A stretch of 64,000 nucleotides of DNA, taken from contig OZ024741.1 in assembly GCA_964016885.1 (NCBI GenBank), positions 286,688,001 through 286,752,000 on the forward strand, written 5' to 3'. Shown in pieces: positions 58,553 to 64,000 of this stretch. Below the pieces are notes generated by a model that saw only the letters and a program-made list of their open reading frames with translations, was not told the DNA's origin and did no database searches. This DNA comes from Eledone cirrhosa. Taxonomy: Eukaryota. The translations under genes were made by a program, and so were the position numbers. Positions within the stretch are counted from its first letter, which is position 1. Each line of letters begins with the position of its first letter.

Positions 58553-58762
58553 CCCTTTAGCATTTAAACAGGCCATATTTGGCCAGAATTCTCTCACTTT
58601 TTTCTGTTCAAACCAGCCATAACTGACTGCTCATACTTATGTTAAAGTATTGTTCTCAAAATAAATAATATTAAAATCTCGTAGATTCAATATTATGTGG
58701 ATAATTATGAAAAAATTATGAAAATGTTATAGTAAATATAGAGTAATGTAAATGGTAAAGGG
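58553..58762. mobile_element. piggyBac-type MITE
   Basis: TTAA|ccctttagcattta ... taaatggtaaaggg|TTAA. Confidence 0.75.
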
Positions 58763-59711
58763 TTAAATATTCAATTTGGTGTAGTGGATAAGGTCTGATA
58801 TTGAATGCTACCTGCTAAACTAACAGTAAAGGTGAATATGACTGATTGTCAAAAAAAAAGGTAAAGAAAAAAAGTAACAGTGGACAAAATTAAATTATTA
58901 AAATGTCCAAGTATGAAGAGGGGTCAGGACAGTACTATCACTAACCCCTTAGTTACCAACCCGGCCAAAACCAACTCTGGTTCTATGAAATAAAACCACC
59001 CATTTTAACGGTTTCCAATTTAAATTAAAATCCTCAAACATAATTTTATATAAGAACCTTCCATTAAGTTACTATTTTAATAATGAACTAATTAATAATT
59101 TTAGTAAATCCCTCAAAATTCTTCATTAATTAATTAAAATGGAGTTCCACGAAAGAAATGTTTATACTAGTCCAACCCATGCAAGCATGGAAAAATGGAT
59201 GAAAAAACGACGATGATGATGTACTTCATTAGAAATGCTGTCATGAAAGGTGTAAACCAACTAGGCAGCTATCTAAGAAAGATCACAATTTTATACATGT
59301 TTGTATAATTAAAGTAATTAATTCTTGGTGGTTGAATGGTACAACTACCTACCGGTTACAAAGAGTAGATTGGCACATAGTTTAAAGGGTTCAATCCCTA
59401 AAGAAGAAGATTTTTTTTAATGGCAGTGCCCAGCATGGCCCCAGCCTTTTGACTGGAACACGTACTAGAGTAATACAGAAATATAATAATTTCCTGTGAT
59501 CAATAAATAAATCACTAAACACCTTTGCCATATAGCAGCATTGTGGAAATATTCAAATTGGCAGAAAGAGTTGTGTCGGGGAATGAAAAAGAGAGAGGAA
59601 GGGGTAAAATAAAGAATAAAGAGAGGGAGAGAGAGGGAGAAAGAGAGGCAGACAGAGAAAAAAAAGAGAGTGAGAAGGGGTGAGCTAGAAAGAAGATGGT
59701 ATAAAACTTAC

Positions 59712-59860
59712 TTGACACATAGCTTGTGATAAAGTCAAAAGTGACTGGAATATTAGACAATATATGCTGAAGGTACATCTGCTTCCCATAGAAGAGAGTT
59801 CTCGCTTCATGTTTGTGGAGGTAGTTTTCACTTGTGGCTTTTACACACTCACTTTCTCAA
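59712..59860 (-). pseudogene. Exon-like segment at the start of the upstream LamG domain, with in-frame TGA next to the acceptor
   Basis: Strong acceptor cttatttttag| and donor |gtaagt; *ESECVKATSENYLHKHEARTLFYGKQMYLQHILSNIPVTFDFITSYVS; open if the AG 5 nt downstream is used. Confidence 0.5.
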
Positions 59861-60123
59861 CTAAAAATAAGAAGAAAAATACATGATATTTTTACTGGAA
59901 ATGATATTAACATTCACTATTAATTAATTAATTTATTTATTTATATAAACATTAGTTGAAAAGGTTTGAAGCGATGAGTGTATATGTATATTCATAAAAT
60001 TGGAGTATTCTCAGTACAAAGGGTAGCTGTAAACAGTTCGATACTATATGTATAATAAAAATATTTTTGGGGGGTTAAGATATAACCTTAAATCGAATGG
60101 AGAGTGGGAGAGAGAGTCTAAAG

Positions 60124-60639
60124 CAGGGGTCGGCAACTTCTTTGCCTCCACGAGCTGGATCAAGTATTAATCACGGATAGTGGGCCGGACGAAGGCCATA
60201 AAAGAATAATTATGGAAAATTACACAAGCTCAAATTTAATCATGAGCGTTGACTATACTATTCATTTCTCAAATCCTGGATTATATTCACAAATACCTCT
60301 GAATCCTGTGGTTTCCTTCCTTGAAATGATGGAAAATGTGCATAATTTTTATTTCGAAGTTGATGTTCCCACAACTCTAACTTTTTTTCAAAGACAACAA
60401 TATGGTTATACATTTCATTTACAAGCTGAGTTTTACCTTGAAGTTGTAAATTTAAGTTATTTAAATGAGTCACAATATCCACAATAAATGCCAAAGTTGT
60501 AACAGCAGGCCTTTTATTTATTTGAAAGTCTCATTTCTCATATTACAATAAATTTAAATTTTAAATAAACAACTCATTGGGTATTAGTTCTTGCGGGCTG
60601 GTCAAAATCCCTTCGTGGGCCGTAGGTTGCCGACCCTTC
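60124..60639 (-). mobile_element. Internally deleted hAT (SPIN/Charlie-like) transposon
   Basis: TIRs caggggtcggcaac / gttgccgacccttc; perfect 8-bp TSD gtctaaag; fragment LAFIVDIVTHLNNLNLQLQGK. Confidence 0.9.
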
Positions 60640-60869
60640 GTCTAAAGTGTTAGATGAGAAATGAGAGGGTTATAGAAAGAGAGAAGGAGGAGGAGAGGAG
60701 GGCAGAGAAATGGGAATGAAAACGATAGCTAAGGCAGTACCCTAGTATCTACAGTCTGTCTTGAGACCAGAAGCTCATCAAGCTGGTGCTTATCCCAGTT
60801 TCTGTGGTGTGAAGTGACAGAGTACAAGACTTCCCCCTGGACAGAATAGTAGTCCATCACAGGGTTAAA

Positions 60870-62913
60870 CCCCCAGCTATTACTGGTACTTGACTGCTAT
60901 TTTATGTTATTGACCCCAGAAGGATGTAAGGCAAACTTGACTTCGGGGTTTGAATATACAAGGCCATAACAAAATGCTACAAAGCATATTATCCTTCATT
61001 CTAACAGTTTTTCCAATCCACTGCCCTGTTTGTGTGCAATAATGATTCCTAACATAGGTATATGGTTAGAAATTTAGAGGGAAGAAGGAAGTCAATTAAT
61101 TATATCAATCCCAGTATATGACTGGTACTACATTTTATCGACCCTGAAAAATTGAAAGCCAAACTTTACCTCGGAGATTTGAACACAAAACATAAAGGGC
61201 TGTTACTATATGTTGCAAAGTATTTTGTCTGATACTCAAATGATTTTGTCAGTCCTCCACCCAGTATGTGTGTGTAAAAATAAGGGTTTCTAATTTAGAC
61301 AAAAGGCTAGTAATTTTGAGGAGAGGGGAAGTCGATTATATTTACCCAGTACTTGACCGGCACTTTAGTTTATCAAACCCGAAAGGATGAAAGGCAATGT
61401 TGACCTTAGCGGTATTTGAACTCAGCGCTCAGAGTACCAGAGCAAATGCAGTAAAGCATTCTATTTGATGCTCTAATGATTCTGTGTCTGTATGTGTATG
61501 TGTGTGTAATAATTGTTTTTACTTTTTGCATTAGGCAATTTGAAAGGAAAGCGATTAAATTGACCCCAGTGCATTACTGGTATTTTATTTATCAAACCCA
61601 TAAGGGTGAAAGGTAAAGCTAACCTTAACCTTAGTAGGATTTGAATTCAGAACATAAAGGTCCATAATTATATGCCACAAGGCAAGTTGTCCGACGCTCT
61701 ACCGATCCTACTGCCAAACCACTACTGCCAATCCTACTGCCATTGTGTGTTTAATAATTGTTTCTACTTTTGGCACAAGGCCAGTAAATTACCCAGTACA
61801 TTACTGGTACTTTGTTTTATCGACCCCGTAAGGATGAAAGGCAAAGTTAACCTCGGCGGGATTTGAACTCAGAATGGCAAGGGGCGTAACTATATATGTC
61901 AAAGCATGGCGTCCGACCCTCTACCGATACTACAACATAACAACCAATATATCACTCATTCCCAATGCATTACTGGTACTTTATTTTTATTGGCCTCATA
62001 AGGATGAAAGGCAAAGTTAACCGTGGTGGGATTTGAAATCAGAACGTGCTGAAAAGCATAGTATCTGATGCTCTACCATACTGCCGATCCATGTATAATA
62101 ATAATGGTTCTGATTTAGGCATTAGGTTAACAATTTGGGGGAGGGGAAAGTCAATTAAATCAACCCCAGTGCGTGACTGATACTTTATTTTATCGAGCCC
62201 GTAAGGATGAAGGGCAAAGCTAACCTCGGTGGGATTTGAACTCAGAACGTAAAGGGACATAACTCTATGCTCCAATGCATGGCGTCCGACCTTCTACTTT
62301 CTACCGATGCTGCCAATTCACTACCAATAATAATAATAATTATTACTACTTTTGGAACAAGGCCAGCAATTGTCCCAGTGCATTACTGGTACTTTATTTT
62401 ATCAACCCTGTAAGGATGAAAGCAAAGTTAACCTCGGTGGGATTTGAACTCAGAATGTAAAAGCTCATAACTCTATGCTGCAAAGCATAGTATCTGATGC
62501 TCTGCAGATACTGCCAATTTCCTGCCCTTGTATTTATAATAATAATTGTTTCTACTTTAGGCACAAGGCCAGCAATTACCCAGTGTATTACTGGTACTTT
62601 ATTTTATCGACCCCCGTAAGGATGAAAGGCAAAGTCAACCTCGGTGGGATTTGAACTCAGATCGTAAAGGGACGTAACTATGCTGGAAAGCATGGCATCC
62701 GACCCTCTACCGATACTGCCAATCCACCGCCTGTATGTATAATAATAATAATGGTTTCTTATATAGGTACAAGGCCAGCAATTTTGGGGGAGGGGAAAGT
62801 CGATTAAATCGACCCCAGTGTGTGACTGATTCTTTATTTAATCGACCCTGTAAGGATGAAAGGCAAAGTTAACCTTGGCGGGATTTGAACTCAGATCATA
62901 AAGGGCCGTAACT
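60870..62913 (-). mobile_element. Head-to-tail array of about 10 tRNA-derived SINE copies of differing divergence
   Basis: aaggatgaaaggcaaagttaacc..atttgaactcaga core recurs every ~150-200 bp in one orientation. Confidence 0.85.
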
Positions 62914-63934
62914 CTCACTGTCTTCTACTGTTATGTTGATACAACAATACAGACATGTTAACAGTATTCCCCAACCTACTTTCAGGTATAGCACAGATAA
63001 GTTATAATCTTAAAGTGTGGAACACCTGCTTCATTTTTTTTTTTTTGTATTTGGAACATATCCAAGTTTATTCTCAGTTTATCAATGTCCGAAGACATTG
63101 TTCTAACAATCAGTGAAGGTGTATGGCTTTGTGGTTAAAGTGTTTCATTGATAATCATAAAGACATGAGTTCGTTTCCTGGTGGTACATGTGTCCTTGAG
63201 CAAGACACTTTATTTCACATTGTTCCAGTTGGAACTACAGGAGAAAATTGAGTTGCACCTATGATTCAAAGGGCCAGCCTTGACACACAGTGTATCATGC
63301 TGAATCTCCCTGAGAATTATGTTAAGGGTTCATGTTCCTATGGAATTAAGCACTGGCACATTAATTCCATGAGAAGTCTTTTCCATTGTTTAAATAAACA
63401 ACTGGAACACTCATTGTTGGAACCAGTTGTTAAACAGTAATAATATATATATTATAATAATTGTTTCTACTTTTGGCACAAGGCCAGCAATTACCCAGTG
63501 CATTACTGGTACTTTATTTTATCAACTCCATAAGGATGAAAGGCAAAGTTAACCTTGGCAGGATTTGAACTCAGAATGACTCGGGCCATAACTCTATATG
63601 TCAAAGCATGGCGTCCGACCCTCTACCGATACTGCCAATCCACCATATATAATAATTAGGGAAGGAATAAAGAATCAGTGATGTATCATATACATATCTA
63701 ATCACATATTACATATGTTTCACTGCCAATCAGCCTGAGGAATGATTGTTTATGTTCGTTCCTGACTCTGGAATCGAAAGCTCCGCAGATATGTGCTTTC
63801 ACATGTAGAATCACATTCATATATATACATATATATATATATGTATATCCCGGGTTCAATCGGAGATAACCACAGTAAGTAAGGTACTCAATACATAGCA
63901 GAGTATAAATATTTAATATAGAAATGGCTTCTAG

Positions 63935-63985
63935 GGCTTCCTGATGATTTCTCCTGAATGAAACAGTTTTAGTCCTGTAGAAGCC
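63935..63985 (+). ncRNA. Type-I hammerhead ribozyme
   Basis: GGCTTC-CTGATGA-TTTCTCCTGAAT-GAAACAG-TTTTAGTC-CTGTA-GAAGCC; 63911-63933 is an inverted copy of 63978-64000. Confidence 0.8.
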
Positions 63986-64000
63986 ATTTCTATATTAAAT

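Overview
AT-rich, repeat-saturated animal genomic DNA; the tRNA-derived SINE families, RTE/Penelope-type remnants and microsatellite load suggest an octopod cephalopod (inference). No prokaryotic genes or CRISPR. Contents: (1) one host locus on the minus strand (~44.5-60 kb) encoding laminin-G (LamG) domains; its last four exons are open and phase-compatible, while upstream LamG-like exons carry stops and frameshifts; (2) decayed transposons: RTE-BovB-like and RTE LINEs, a Tx1/L1-like LINE nested in an RTE with an 11-bp TSD, DD34D mariner, DD37D maT-like element, hAT, piggyBac, pogo and Helitron-like non-autonomous elements, CRE/R4/CR1 fragments, and many SINEs; (3) a 5-kb (TA)n-GATG array and two minisatellites; (4) at least nine hammerhead-ribozyme-like motifs in Penelope-type terminal repeats, some with compensatory base changes and two sitting at the centre of fold-back palindromes; (5) a three-copy ~140-nt structured repeat with covarying stems that I cannot assign. 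All calls are by eye from sequence; no database search was run.
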